A stretch of DNA of 64,000 bases from Candidatus Limnocylindria bacterium (GTDB taxonomy: Bacteria > Chloroflexota > Limnocylindria > QHBO01), in NCBI GenBank assembly GCA_038255505.1, contig JBBSLF010000001.1:2549-66548 (forward strand), read 5' to 3'. Under the pieces are notes generated by a model, which saw only the letters and a program-made list of their open reading frames with translations, was not told the origin of the DNA and ran no database searches. This document shows positions 18,958-29,413 of this stretch, piece by piece. How positions within the stretch are numbered: position 1 is the first letter of the stretch; each line of letters begins with the position of its first letter. Made by a program: the position numbers and the translations under genes.

Positions 18958-21012
18958 TCAGCGCTGGATGAGGCGCTCAACCTGCGCGCCAAGCTCCACG
19001 GGATCATGGGTCGGGGCGTCGCAGGCGTAGCCACGGCACGCGTACGCGGTGGCGCGTCCACCACGAGCCACTTTGCCCTCATGCAGGGGCCAGGACGCAT
19101 GGGAGTCGGTAGGCGCGACGCTCGTGAGCACGAGATCCGGCATGTAGGGCTGAACCGTGGCCTCGCGGAGCGCGGTGGCGCCCGCTCCAGCGCCAGCGAC
19201 CACCACGTCGATCGGGCTGCCAAGATGCCGATCCGCGGCGCTCAGCATTCGACCGAACGCGCTCGGCTGGCGTTCGAGGGCGGGCGCCACGGCACGTAGG
19301 ATGGACTGCGCCCGGCGTGCGTAGGCCTCCTCTCCGGTGAGCAGAGCCAGGCGCTGGAGAACATCAGCCCCGATGCTGTTGGCCGATGGCGTCGCGTTGT
19401 CCACGAGGCCACGGGGTCGCGCGACCGTCCGATCGTGCTCGTCCGAGGTGTCGAGGAATGTCCCCGCTTCCGCGTCCCAGAAATCTCTCAGCGCCGTATC
19501 AACCAGCCGACGAGCGAGGAGCAGAGGCTCAGCGCTGCCGAGTGCGGCGTGCGCTCCGAGCATCCCGTCGGCGACGGCCACGTAATCCTCGGCGAATCCA
19601 GGCGTATGTGCGCGGCCCCCGCGCGCGGTGCGCCATAGCCGGCTTCCGTCGCGAGCGAGCTGCGTCTCGATGAATGCCATCAACGTGCGGGTTGCGTCGA
19701 CGTAGCGGGGCTCAGACAGCACGATGGCTGCATGCGCCAGCGCACGCAGCGCCAGGCCATTCCAGGCCGCGATCTGCTTGTCGTCGAGGCCGGGGCGCAC
19801 ACGCTCAGCGCGGGCAGCCAGCAATGCCCGGCGCCCACGCTCGACCAGTGGCTCGGGAGCGTCACTGCTGCGCGGCCGATGCAGGATGTTCGTCTCCTCC
19901 CAATTCCCCGACGCAGTAAGCCCCCAGTACGCGGCCAGTAAACGGGATTCGCCATCATCGACGCCCGCATCGCTGATGACGGACATGAACTCGTCGTAGG
20001 ACCACACATAGAAGCGCCCCTCCACGCCCTCGCTGTCGGCGTCAAGGGCTGAGGCGAAGCCGCCTTCATCGGTCTGGAGCTCCGACAGCATGAAGTCCAG
20101 TGTGCTCCGCGCCACCTGGGCATAGCGGGGATCGGTGGTGGCCCGGTACCCCTCGAGATAGGCGTGAGCGAGCAACGCGTTGTCGTACAGCATCTTTTCG
20201 AAGTGCGGCACCAGCCAGTGCGCATCGGTGCTGTAGCGCGCGAATCCACCGCCGACCTGGTCGTGGATGCCACCGTCTGCCATGGCGTCGAGGGTGCGCG
20301 TCACCATGGTAAGCGTCGCGACATCGCCCGAGCGGCGCCAAGTGCGGAGCAGGAACTCGAGCGTCATTGGCGGCGGAAATTTCGGGGCGCCACCGAAGCC
20401 GCCATGGGTGGCATCGAATGATGCGCCGATGCGTCCGACCGCCACGTCCAGCTGTCGCTGCTCGGGATCCCGATCGCCAGGTCGCACGGCCAGCTGTGCC
20501 TGGAGGTGACCGGCCAGGGCACCGGCCTGTTGCTCGACCTCGGCGCGTCGCGAGCGGTACGCATCGGCGACCGAGGTCAACACGCGTGGGAACCCGGCGA
20601 TGCCATGCCGGTCCTCGGGCGGGAAGTAGGTGCCCCCGAAGAACGGGCGCAGATCGGGCGTCAGGAAGACGCTCATCGCCCAGCCGCCAGAGCCGGTCAT
20701 TGCCTGGACGGCGGCCATGTATACGTCGTCCAGGTCCGGTCGCTCCTCGCGGTCGACCTTGATCGACACGAAATGCTCGTTCATGAGCGCCGCGGTCGCC
20801 GGGTTCTCGAAGCTCTCGCGCTCCATGACGTGGCACCAGTGGCAGGCCGCGTAGCCGATCGACAGGAAGATCGGCCGGTCGTTCGTGCGCGCCTTCTCGA
20901 GCGCCTCAGGACCCCACGGATGCCAATCGACCGGATTGTGAGCGTGCTGAAGGAGATATGGGCTGGTCTCGCCGGCGAGGCGATTCGTGTGTTGAGGATC
21001 AAGATCGGTCAT
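18958..21012 (-). CDS. Thioredoxin-domain protein of the YyaL/DUF255 family (N-terminal thioredoxin domain fused to an (alpha/alpha)6 barrel)
   Basis: [18 protein letters not shown]...[20 protein letters not shown]-terminus is diagnostic. 684 aa. Confidence 0.85.
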   Translation of the reverse strand: MTDLDPQHTNRLAGETSPYLLQHAHNPVDWHPWGPEALEKARTNDRPIFLSIGYAACHWCHVMERESFENPATAALMNEHFVSIKVDREERPDLDDVYMAAVQAMTGSGGWAMSVFLTPDLRPFFGGTYFPPEDRHGIAGFPRVLTSVADAYRSRRAEVEQQAGALAGHLQAQLAVRPGDRDPEQRQLDVAVGRIGASFDATHGGFGGAPKFPPPMTLEFLLRTWRRSGDVATLTMVTRTLDAMADGGIHDQVGGGFARYSTDAHWLVPHFEKMLYDNALLAHAYLEGYRATTDPRYAQVARSTLDFMLSELQTDEGGFASALDADSEGVEGRFYVWSYDEFMSVISDAGVDDGESRLLAAYWGLTASGNWEETNILHRPRSSDAPEPLVERGRRALLAARAERVRPGLDDKQIAAWNGLALRALAHAAIVLSEPRYVDATRTLMAFIETQLARDGSRLWRTARGGRAHTPGFAEDYVAVADGMLGAHAALGSAEPLLLARRLVDTALRDFWDAEAGTFLDTSDEHDRTVARPRGLVDNATPSANSIGADVLQRLALLTGEEAYARRAQSILRAVAPALERQPSAFGRMLSAADRHLGSPIDVVVAGAGAGATALREATVQPYMPDLVLTSVAPTDSHASWPLHEGKVARGGRATAYACRGYACDAPTHDPVELGAQVERLIQR

Positions 21013-21046
21013 GAACCCTCAGTGTGGCATGACCAATGCGCGCCAC

Positions 21047-21736
21047 TCAGGCAGCGGTGTCACGTGCCAGCATCCCGTCGCGCACCTCGATCACGCGATC
21101 GGCCGAATCGGCGACCCCGGTATCGTGCGTGACGATCACGAAGGTCGTGCCAATCTCTTGATGGACGCGGCGGAAGAGCGCATGGACGGCGGTGGCGTTC
21201 TCGGAGTCGAGATTCCCGGTTGGCTCGTCGGCGAGGATGAGCGCGGGGCGGTTCATCAGCGCGCGAGCGATCGCAACCCGCTGTTTCTGGCCGCCCGACA
21301 GCTCGGTTGCGGGCTTGGCGGCCACGGCATCGAGGCCCAGCAGCTCGATGAGCTCATCGGTCCAGGCGTTGACCGCTCGATCCTCACGCTGCCCCGCAAT
21401 TCGCACCGGCATGAGCACGTTCTCCCGCACGCTGAACTCCGGAAGGAGGTGGTGGAACTGGAACACGAAGCCGATGTGGCGATTGCGCGCCGCCGCCCTT
21501 CGAACGTCATCGAGGCGATCCACGCGCTCACCCAGCAGCCGGAGGCTGCCATCGGTTGGCTGATCGAGCAGCCCCATGAGGTTGAGGAGCGTCGACTTGC
21601 CGGAACCTGATCGGCCGATGACTGCCAGGTACTCGCCGTGACAAATCTCGAAGCTCACGCCGCGCAGGGCAAGGGTGGCCGTATCACCTCTACCGTACCG
21701 GCGTGTCAGCTCATGCGCGCTGAGGAGCTCAGCCAT
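21047..21736 (-). CDS. ABC transporter ATP-binding protein (LolD/MacB/FtsE-like)
   Basis: Walker A GRSGSGKSTLL, signature LSGGQKQRVAIARAL, Walker B ILADEPTGNLD. Confidence 0.85.
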   Translation of the reverse strand: MAELLSAHELTRRYGRGDTATLALRGVSFEICHGEYLAVIGRSGSGKSTLLNLMGLLDQPTDGSLRLLGERVDRLDDVRRAAARNRHIGFVFQFHHLLPEFSVRENVLMPVRIAGQREDRAVNAWTDELIELLGLDAVAAKPATELSGGQKQRVAIARALMNRPALILADEPTGNLDSENATAVHALFRRVHQEIGTTFVIVTHDTGVADSADRVIEVRDGMLARDTAA

Positions 21737-22871
21737 TCTGGATCACCTCGATCGGATCGAGCCGGGAGGTGCTGCGATACGGAATGAGGGCACTCAGGAG
21801 CGCAATTCCGATCCCGATCGCCGCGCTGAGTGCCGCGAAGGCAGGGTCCACGTTCACCGGAAAGAGAGCCTCGGATCCCGACGCCGCGAGGTCGAATCCG
21901 GCGATCAGTCCCCAACCGACGGCCAACCCGCCCAGCGTGCCCGCCACGCCGAGCAGCGCGGCCTGCCACAGAAAGACCGTCCCGCTGCGGCGGTCGGACA
22001 GTCCGAGTGCCTTGAGAATTCCAATCTGCCGCGTCTTCTGGACCGCGGCGATGGCCAGGGTCGACGCGATCCCGAGCGCCACGGCGACAACCACGAAAAC
22101 CTGGATCATGATCGAGCTGATGCTCTGCGACTGGAGCCCGGTCAACAGTTCGCGGTTCTGCTCCTGCCAGTCGACGGCGGTGACGCCGTCGATATCGGAG
22201 AAGGTCGTCGCCACGCTCGCGGATGAGAACACGTCGGCGACCTGGATCTCGATCAGGTCGAACTCGTCAGGCTCACGGTCGCCCACGGACGCGACCAGCT
22301 CTGGCCCGGCGAAGGCGGTGCCCACGTTCAGGGCGGCCACGCCCAGGTCGAAGACTCCCGCAACACTGACCGTCAGCTCCTCGCCGGCCTCGGTTATCAG
22401 GACGAGCTCGTCACCGGCGATCAGTCCCGCGTCCTCGGCGTAGTCGAGACCCACGAGGAGCTCGCCCGATCCCGGATCGGAGCGGCCAGCGACCATTCGC
22501 CCATCGAGCCCGTAGATGCCGTCCCGCGCCTGCGCATCGGCGACGCGCACGATCAGCGGATCGGTGCCACCTTCGGTGAGCGCCAGCATCGACAGCCGAT
22601 GTTGCGGCACCACGGCCGTGATCGCCGGGTCGTCCGCGAGGCGTGCGGCGAGCGCATCGGTCAGGACGAGTCGTTTGTCGCCGCTGACGGACTCCAGCGT
22701 CACGTGCGCGCTGGAACCGACGGTCGTATCAATCAGCGACGCCTGGAGGCTGGCGATCAATGAGCCGACGAAGACCTGCGTCCCGATGCCCACCGCAATG
22801 CCGGAGATGATGAGGGCAGATTGAAGCCGGCTGCGCCAGATGAACCGACGCGCGATGTGGAAGGTCAGCAT
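21729..22871 (-). CDS. FtsX-like ABC transporter permease (LolC/E-, MacB-type)
   Basis: N-terminal TM, large extracytoplasmic domain, then three C-terminal TMs. Overlaps the ATPase gene start. Confidence 0.75.
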   Translation of the reverse strand: MLTFHIARRFIWRSRLQSALIISGIAVGIGTQVFVGSLIASLQASLIDTTVGSSAHVTLESVSGDKRLVLTDALAARLADDPAITAVVPQHRLSMLALTEGGTDPLIVRVADAQARDGIYGLDGRMVAGRSDPGSGELLVGLDYAEDAGLIAGDELVLITEAGEELTVSVAGVFDLGVAALNVGTAFAGPELVASVGDREPDEFDLIEIQVADVFSSASVATTFSDIDGVTAVDWQEQNRELLTGLQSQSISSIMIQVFVVVAVALGIASTLAIAAVQKTRQIGILKALGLSDRRSGTVFLWQAALLGVAGTLGGLAVGWGLIAGFDLAASGSEALFPVNVDPAFAALSAAIGIGIALLSALIPYRSTSRLDPIEVIQNG

Positions 22872-22905
22872 GCTGCCGCCGATACGTGCGTGCCATCCAA
22901 CCGGA

Positions 22906-24831
22906 TCAACGTCCCGGGGCAATCCCAAACTGTTCGGCCGACAGCTTGGCGTAGAGGCCTTCGCGGCGGATCAGCTCCGCGTGCGTCCCCCGCTCGACGA
23001 TTCGACCGCGTGCCACGACCAAGATCAAGTCGGCGCGCAGGATGGTCGACAGCCGATGCGCTATGGCGATCGTGGTTCGGCCCTCCATCAGCCGCTGGAG
23101 AGCTGACTGGATGAGGCGCTCGCTGACGGTGTCGAGCGCGCTGGTCGCCTCGTCCAGGATCAGGATGCGCGGGTCCTTGAGCAACACCCGGGCGATCGCC
23201 ACGCGTTGCTTCTCGCCGCCGGAGAGCTTGTATCCGCGCTCCCCCACGACCGTGTCATATGCATCGGGCAACTCCATGATGCGGTCATGGATGGCCGCCG
23301 CCCGCGACGCCTCTTCAATCTCGATCATGGTGGCGTCCGGCTTCGCGTAGCGCAGGTTGGCGAGCACGGTGTCGTGGAACAGGTAGGTCTCCTGGGTCAC
23401 GAAGCCGATCACACGTCCGAGCGACTCGAGTCCGATTCCCCGCACGTCGACCCCGTCGATCGTCACCGAGCCTTCGTCGACGTCATACAGCCGCGGGATC
23501 AGGTACGTGGAAGTGGTCTTGCCGCCACCTGACGGTCCAACCAGCGCCACCAACTGCCCGGGCTCCGCGTCGAAGCTCATGTCCGTCAACGCGAAGGGTC
23601 GCACGGTGGTCGCCACGGCGCGTCCCTCGGCCTCCGCCTCGGCCGCCTCCGACGCGACCGCGAGCTGCGCCTCCGCTACGGGATAGCGGAACGTGACGTC
23701 GTTGAAGCGTACCTGGCCCCGCATGGTCGATGGCGACAGCGTGACCGCGTCTGGCGCATCGGTGATCTCATGCTCCATCTCGAGGTACTCGAAGATGCGG
23801 TCGAACAGTGCGAGCGCACCCTGGATCTCGACCTGCACGCTGAGCAGCTGCCCGAGCGGGAAGAACAGGCGCGACTGGAGGGTCGTGAACGCCACGATCG
23901 TCCCAATCGAAACGTTCGTGTCGCCGCCGATGATCAGCGAGCCGGCGAGCAGGTACACGAAGGCGGGCATGATGGAGAAGAACGTGCCGATCAACGCGAA
24001 GAACCAGCGACCGATCATCTGGCCGCGGATCTGGAGGTCGCCCAGCCGTCGCGACTCGGCGCGGAAACGCTCGATCGACGCCTCCTGCTGGCCGAAGGTC
24101 TTGGACAGCAGGATGCCTGAGACGCTGAGTGACTCTTCAGTGATGGCGCTGACCTCGGCCAGCGAGCGCTGGGTCAGCGTGCTCACCTCGCGCCGCACCT
24201 TGCCGACCCGGAACGTGATGTAGGCGAAGAGCGGCAAGAGTCCCAGGCTGAGGAGCGTGAGCCGCCAATCGAGGATCCACATCGCGATCACGGTGGTGGC
24301 GACCGTGGCGAAGTTCGCAAGCAGCGAGGAGGCCGTATCGGTCACGACCGACTGCACGCCGCCGACGTCGTTGCTGATGCGGCTCTGGATCTCGCCGGTG
24401 CGGGTCTCGGTGAAGAAGCGCAGCGGCATCCATTGCAGGTGTCGATACAGCGCCAGGCGCAGATCGTCCATGACCCGCTGCCCGACCACGTTCGACAGGA
24501 AGCTCTGCCACACGCCGATGCCGCTGGTGATGATTGGCAGCACGATCATCAGCCCCGCCTGGATATAGAGCAGCTGGAGGTCCTGCGGCCCCGTCAGGTT
24601 GTCGATGATGAGCTTCAGCAGGATCGGGTTGACCACGCCGACACTGACAGTGACCAGGATCAGGGCCGCGATGAGTCCCAGGCGCGCCTGGTAGGGCCGG
24701 AAGAACGCGAAGATCCGACGCAGCGTCTGGCCCTCTGTGCCGCGTCGCCGCGTCAGATCTGGCTCTGAGCCCCCAAATGCTCGCCCCCAGGGACCGCCTC
24801 CGCCACCGCCGCCACCGCCGCGCCGGCTCAT
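22906..24831 (-). CDS. ABC exporter, fused transmembrane and ATPase domains (MsbA-like)
   Basis: Six-TM N-terminal half. C-terminal ATPase domain with signature LSGGEKQRVAIARVLL and ILILDEATSALD. Poly-Gly N-terminus. Confidence 0.85.
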   Translation of the reverse strand: MSRRGGGGGGGGGPWGRAFGGSEPDLTRRRGTEGQTLRRIFAFFRPYQARLGLIAALILVTVSVGVVNPILLKLIIDNLTGPQDLQLLYIQAGLMIVLPIITSGIGVWQSFLSNVVGQRVMDDLRLALYRHLQWMPLRFFTETRTGEIQSRISNDVGGVQSVVTDTASSLLANFATVATTVIAMWILDWRLTLLSLGLLPLFAYITFRVGKVRREVSTLTQRSLAEVSAITEESLSVSGILLSKTFGQQEASIERFRAESRRLGDLQIRGQMIGRWFFALIGTFFSIMPAFVYLLAGSLIIGGDTNVSIGTIVAFTTLQSRLFFPLGQLLSVQVEIQGALALFDRIFEYLEMEHEITDAPDAVTLSPSTMRGQVRFNDVTFRYPVAEAQLAVASEAAEAEAEGRAVATTVRPFALTDMSFDAEPGQLVALVGPSGGGKTTSTYLIPRLYDVDEGSVTIDGVDVRGIGLESLGRVIGFVTQETYLFHDTVLANLRYAKPDATMIEIEEASRAAAIHDRIMELPDAYDTVVGERGYKLSGGEKQRVAIARVLLKDPRILILDEATSALDTVSERLIQSALQRLMEGRTTIAIAHRLSTILRADLILVVARGRIVERGTHAELIRREGLYAKLSAEQFGIAPGR

Positions 24832-25556
24832 TCCAGGATGATCGAGAGGAACGCCTGCGCCATGCCGATCCCCTGCGGCTCGCCGATCAGCCGCCAGCGC
24901 TCCTGCATGCGCTCCTCGACTTCACCGGGCGTCACCTGGCTTGCATGCGCCAGGATGGCCCGGAGGCCGACCTCGTACGTGTCGGCGATGTCGATCCACA
25001 GGTTGGGCTCGTCAACGCCGGTGAGCAGCACCTGGCGCACCTTCCACGGCTCCAGATGCTCATCGCGCCACAGCTCGGGAAAGTTCAGGTGATCACGGGC
25101 CGCCGGATAGACCGATGCGAGCGTGGCCTCGCCGGTGGCGAGATGATCGGGGTGCCCGATGAACGGATTGTGATCAAGACGGCGAGTCGGATTCTGCGTG
25201 AGCACCAGCTCGGGACGAAATCGGCGGATCTGACGGGTGATGTCGCGCCGCAGATCGAGCGACGGTGTCAGCTCGCCATCGGGATATCCCAGGTGCACGA
25301 TCTCGCTGACGCCCAGAATGTCGGCCGCCGCCCGCTGTTCGGCCATGCGCGTGCTCGACAGATCCTGGGGCGTGACCTTCGGATCCTCGGTACCCTTGCT
25401 GCCATCGGTGGTGACCACGTAGTCGACGCGGACGCCGGACGCGATCAGACGCGCAATCGTCGGCGCGGCGCCGAATTCACCATCGTCAGGATGGCTGATC
25501 ACGACCAGCGCTCGCTCCAGGGGGCTGATCAGCTCATGGTGGTTAAGGGGGCTCAT
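24828..25556 (-). CDS. PIG-L/LmbE-family deacetylase (second paralog)
   Basis: VVISHPDDGEFG motif. Stop overlaps the exporter start. Confidence 0.75.
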   Translation of the reverse strand: MSPLNHHELISPLERALVVISHPDDGEFGAAPTIARLIASGVRVDYVVTTDGSKGTEDPKVTPQDLSSTRMAEQRAAADILGVSEIVHLGYPDGELTPSLDLRRDITRQIRRFRPELVLTQNPTRRLDHNPFIGHPDHLATGEATLASVYPAARDHLNFPELWRDEHLEPWKVRQVLLTGVDEPNLWIDIADTYEVGLRAILAHASQVTPGEVEERMQERWRLIGEPQGIGMAQAFLSIILE

Positions 25557-25582
25557 GCGGCCATGCTACCGCGATTTTCGAT

Positions 25583-25629
25583 GCGCAGCGGGAGTGCCGC
25601 AGGGGGGAACCACGGCACTCCCGCTGCGC
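25583..25629. terminator. Perfect 17-bp-stem hairpin (GCGCAGCGGGAGTGCCG ... CGGCACTCCCGCTGCGC, 13-nt loop) between the 925-aa gene and the PIG-L gene
   Basis: Seen in the sequence. No flanking U-tract. Confidence 0.4.
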
Positions 25630-25667
25630 AGTCTACCCGTCCTCCGAGCGGACAAGCCCTCGCCCTG

Positions 25668-28445
25668 TCACTCGCCGAACATCGTCAGCTGCTCGCCCCC
25701 GCGCTCGATGAGCGGGTCCAGCCCGAGCACCGGTTCCAGCCATTCCATCTTGGCTCCGGGCCGTCCCGCAAGCGTGTCAAGATGCTGCCACTTCAGCACA
25801 TGCCAGTTCTGGCGTTCCATCTCTTCCCGGAGCCAGGGGGAGCGATCCAGCTTCAACCGAAGCAGCTCGGTCCGTTCAGCCGGGACGACCAGGAACCGCG
25901 CCTGCTGGTCGGTCACCGCGATCTGCCGGCCACGGTCCAGGACCGCGTCGCCGATCATCACCGTCCATTCGACCTCGAACAGAAAGGCGAGCTTGCCGCG
26001 AACGTACCAGATGACGTCGACCGAGCCGAGCGCCTCGGCCGGGGCCCGAACGACCAGGGGCAGGTACACGCGACGTTCATCGTCCCCTAATTGCTCGGCG
26101 ATGCGACGGCCGTCGACCACGCGGTCATGCTCGCGCGCCGCGACCCAGGTGTGCATCCCCAGCCTGTGCCCGTAGTCCACCAGCGTCGCGATGGTCCGAG
26201 CATGATCCGCCGTCCGAGCTGCAAGATCATCGGCCGTGGCGAGCGATCCACGCTCTCCGGGCGCCGCGTACGATGCCAGGCACGCGCGCACCAGCTCCTC
26301 ATCCGGTGCCTGGAGCCCGGGAAACAGCCGGTAGATACGATCGAAGAAACCCGCTTCGTCAATCCGACCTGCGGTCGACAGGATCGACCAGGTGGCCCAC
26401 TCGACTCGGTCGGCCAGGGGACGTTCGGCCAGCTCCGGCGTGCGAAGCCACCAGCTAGGATTGTTCTCGTCGCCGATACGGACAAGGGTCGGATGATCGG
26501 CCCGCCACAGCTCTTCGCGGATGAGATTCGCGAGAAACTGTGGTCCACCGGCCTCGATTCTGTCGGTCCCCTCCTGGACCGCACCGCCACGCTGAAGCGC
26601 CAGCCGGCGGAGCAGGTCCGTGCGTCCCAGCTCGGCCACGATGGCGGCCACGACGCGCGTCAGGCCGGCGGGCTCGCCACGGTCGCGCAGCAGCGCGGTG
26701 ACCGCGCGCTCCATCGCCGATGCCAGCTCAGGATACGTCAGGTGCCCGGACTCGGCACCCAGCCGCAACGGGCTCGGACGCACTGCGTGACGAAGCCGAT
26801 CCTCCGCGGAGGGCTTGCGAAAGTGCAGGACGATCCCATCGCCAGATCTGGCCGATTCACGATGCATGACGTCGACCAGTTGGAGCCCGGCCGCGGCAGC
26901 GGCCAGCGCCACCGACACGAGCCGGTCGGGGTCACCACCATCGATGATGAGATTGCACCAGCCGCCCGGTTTGAGCGCGCCGGCCGCCGAGACAAGGCCA
27001 TGACGCAGAGCGGTGACCTCGGCGCCATCCGCCTGGCCCCCGGATCCGAAGATCGGCTCGAGGCGCAGGGTCTCGGCGGCCTCCCGTCCGAGCACCCAGC
27101 CGGTGGCGAGGTATTCGAATGACAGGTCGTCGATGGAGCCGCCCATGGGCGGAGAGCCGAGGACCAGGTCGACGCCCTCGGTGGGCAGGTACTGGCCGAC
27201 CACGGCCGGACGGCTCCGCAGCCACAGGACGTTGGCGGCGCCCACGCCCCCGAGCTCGGTGAAGTCAGCCGCAAATCGGGTCTCGTGCCGGCCTTGGCCC
27301 ACCGCGCCCACGGCCGTCCTGACGTCGCGATACGCCTCTTCGAACGCCTGCCAGACGTTGACTTCGCGCTGGTGACGGCTCGCCGGCTGGCGCACGTGGC
27401 CATTGCTGATACGAAGCGACGCGACGCGCCCGGGGTAACCATTCAGGCGGCTGGCCGGCAGGAGGCATGCCGCCAGCGCCAGGCGCATGACGGCGAGGGT
27501 GCCGGGGTCACGCAGCTCGGAATCGATCTTGGCGCCGATGGCGTGGAGCGCATACAGGTTGCGCGGCGTGAACAGGTCGAGCAGCTCCTCCACCAGGTCG
27601 TCCTGTGCATCGAGCACGGGGAAACGAGATCGGAGGTCGAGGTACTGCGGACTTTGGCGCAGCCCATCCGCCGCCACCAACGGCATGGGATCCGGTCGGA
27701 CGGTCGAAGCAAAGCGGGGCCGTGCCCCGATCGGTGTGGGCAGGTCGACCGCCAGGGGCGGCGGCGGCGGCGGTTCTCCTCCTTCGCCGAGCGCATCGGG
27801 ATCATCCGACAGGCCGGTCAGGCCGGTCAGGCCGACGGCTGCCGCCGGCAGCTCGTCCGGGGCGTTATCGGCAGCGATGACGTCCTCGGCGGCAGGGGCG
27901 CTGTCGATCCCCAACTTGGCCAGGTCGACCTCATCGACCGCGGCGACCCGATCGCCGGATCCGCCGATGGCTGCCTCGCACGTCGGGCAGCGGAAGATCT
28001 TCCGACCCGGCGCATCCGCATCGCGCGGCCAGATGAACTGGTCGACAAGCACGGGGCGACGGCAGGCGCCGCAGCGGGAGGCGTACAGCTCCTCGATGTG
28101 CTGGCGCAGCGGGACATCGACGCGCCGCGATCCGGCCAACTGCGCGAACGCGGCGTCGAGCACCGCCGGCTCCGGTGCGGAGATAAACGCGATGGCGGCC
28201 ATCTGCGCGAACGGGCTCGGGTCGGCGGCAACGGATCGCATGCCGGCCGCCACGGCGCGCCGCGCGGTCCAGCCGGTGCCGGCCCACGGGTCGAGCACGG
28301 TATCGCCGGTCGCCGCGAAGGCGGCGAGCTCCGCATCAAGGAGGTTGTCGGACGGTGGCGGAAGCAGACGCTCGAGCAGCGCCAACCCCGGAAGGCGTCG
28401 GGGGAGGATGACGTGATCGAGACCGGTGCGCCCCGTGTCGCTCAT
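25668..28445 (-). CDS. Large (925 aa) hypothetical protein with split SAM-methyltransferase-like motifs, an inserted zinc ribbon, a Pro-rich linker, and a C-terminal domain of unknown (possibly nuclease-like) fold
   Basis: Motif I-like VLDPWAGTGWTARRAVAAG at residues about 45-65. CGACRRP...CPTCEAA zinc ribbon. PPPPPP linker. Motif IV-like LVLGSPPMGGS near residue 445. C-terminal DVIWYVRGKLAFLFEVEW segment. Last gene of the polX operon. Confidence 0.55.
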   Translation of the reverse strand: MSDTGRTGLDHVILPRRLPGLALLERLLPPPSDNLLDAELAAFAATGDTVLDPWAGTGWTARRAVAAGMRSVAADPSPFAQMAAIAFISAPEPAVLDAAFAQLAGSRRVDVPLRQHIEELYASRCGACRRPVLVDQFIWPRDADAPGRKIFRCPTCEAAIGGSGDRVAAVDEVDLAKLGIDSAPAAEDVIAADNAPDELPAAAVGLTGLTGLSDDPDALGEGGEPPPPPPLAVDLPTPIGARPRFASTVRPDPMPLVAADGLRQSPQYLDLRSRFPVLDAQDDLVEELLDLFTPRNLYALHAIGAKIDSELRDPGTLAVMRLALAACLLPASRLNGYPGRVASLRISNGHVRQPASRHQREVNVWQAFEEAYRDVRTAVGAVGQGRHETRFAADFTELGGVGAANVLWLRSRPAVVGQYLPTEGVDLVLGSPPMGGSIDDLSFEYLATGWVLGREAAETLRLEPIFGSGGQADGAEVTALRHGLVSAAGALKPGGWCNLIIDGGDPDRLVSVALAAAAAGLQLVDVMHRESARSGDGIVLHFRKPSAEDRLRHAVRPSPLRLGAESGHLTYPELASAMERAVTALLRDRGEPAGLTRVVAAIVAELGRTDLLRRLALQRGGAVQEGTDRIEAGGPQFLANLIREELWRADHPTLVRIGDENNPSWWLRTPELAERPLADRVEWATWSILSTAGRIDEAGFFDRIYRLFPGLQAPDEELVRACLASYAAPGERGSLATADDLAARTADHARTIATLVDYGHRLGMHTWVAAREHDRVVDGRRIAEQLGDDERRVYLPLVVRAPAEALGSVDVIWYVRGKLAFLFEVEWTVMIGDAVLDRGRQIAVTDQQARFLVVPAERTELLRLKLDRSPWLREEMERQNWHVLKWQHLDTLAGRPGAKMEWLEPVLGLDPLIERGGEQLTMFGE

Positions 28446-28465
28446 CGGCCCCTCGTCATCGGCCG

Positions 28466-29386
28466 CTAGTGCTCTTCGGCGAGCTCCTCTTCGTCCTCTG
28501 GCTCACCCGAGTACTCGGGGAGTGTCGTGTCGAGCTCCTCGACCTCTTCGGAGTCCTCATCGGCTTCCTCAACCTCTTCGTCGTCATCGTACCGAAGTGC
28601 GCTGCCCTTCATGTACGGTCTGACGCCAGGTCCCGTCTGCCCGAGCGTGGGAAACGAAACTTTGCCGAAGTTGGTGGGATGCGTGAAGACCTCGCGAACG
28701 ATGATGGTCAGCTCGCTGCCGGGCTCGTTGACGGTCGTGATGGCGGCTTCATACCGATTCCCACTGGCGATGAGCTTGAACAGACGCACCGCAATGCGCG
28801 GCTCGACGCTTCCGATCACCGTGCCCCCGACGCGGGCCACCAGTTCGTCGTTCTCGACCTCCAGGTCGACGGCGTCACCGGGTGACCGCCGAGCCAGGAC
28901 GCTTGGCCCTGCCAGGTTGATAAGGCGCGCGCGTCCCGTCTTCCCCATCTCCTCGATGAAGACCGTGGCCGGCGCCTTGCCCGGGCTCTGCTTGCCGTTG
29001 GAGGCCGGACGCTCGGCGGTGGCCATCAGGCGGAGCCGCTCGATGTTGCGCAGTGCGATGCGATTCGTGGCGTCGCGTTCCAGGGCACCCTCGTAGGCGA
29101 TCAGCGCCTCGTCATGCCTGCCGAGCTCCGCGAGCGCTTTGCCGAGCCTGTTGTGCGCGTCGATGTCCGGGCCGAGTTCGAGGAGACTACGGTTCGCGGT
29201 GACCGCCGCCTCCCACTCGCCGCGCGTGGCATGCGCGATGGCGGCCTCGCCGAGCTGCCGTCGTCGTCGGGTCGTGGTGTCGGCTTCTCCAAGCGCCATG
29301 GGGCTTGTGCACGTCTCCGCTGTGGTGATTCGGGCGGCCAACCGGCCGAGGGCGAACCTTGTACCACCGGCCATTGGGGGTGTCAA
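28466..29386 (-). CDS. Hypothetical TPR-repeat protein with a strongly acidic C-terminal tail
   Basis: TPR-like helical repeats (NRLGKALAELGRHDEALIAYEGALERDATNRIALRNI). Central beta-rich domain. Tail DDDEEVEEADEDSEEVEELDTTLPEYSGEPEDEEELAEEH. 20 bp upstream of the 925-aa gene. Confidence 0.5.
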   Translation of the reverse strand: MTPPMAGGTRFALGRLAARITTAETCTSPMALGEADTTTRRRRQLGEAAIAHATRGEWEAAVTANRSLLELGPDIDAHNRLGKALAELGRHDEALIAYEGALERDATNRIALRNIERLRLMATAERPASNGKQSPGKAPATVFIEEMGKTGRARLINLAGPSVLARRSPGDAVDLEVENDELVARVGGTVIGSVEPRIAVRLFKLIASGNRYEAAITTVNEPGSELTIIVREVFTHPTNFGKVSFPTLGQTGPGVRPYMKGSALRYDDDEEVEEADEDSEEVEELDTTLPEYSGEPEDEEELAEEH

Positions 29387-29413
29387 CGCGACACCTCCAC
29401 TGCGGCGAATTGC

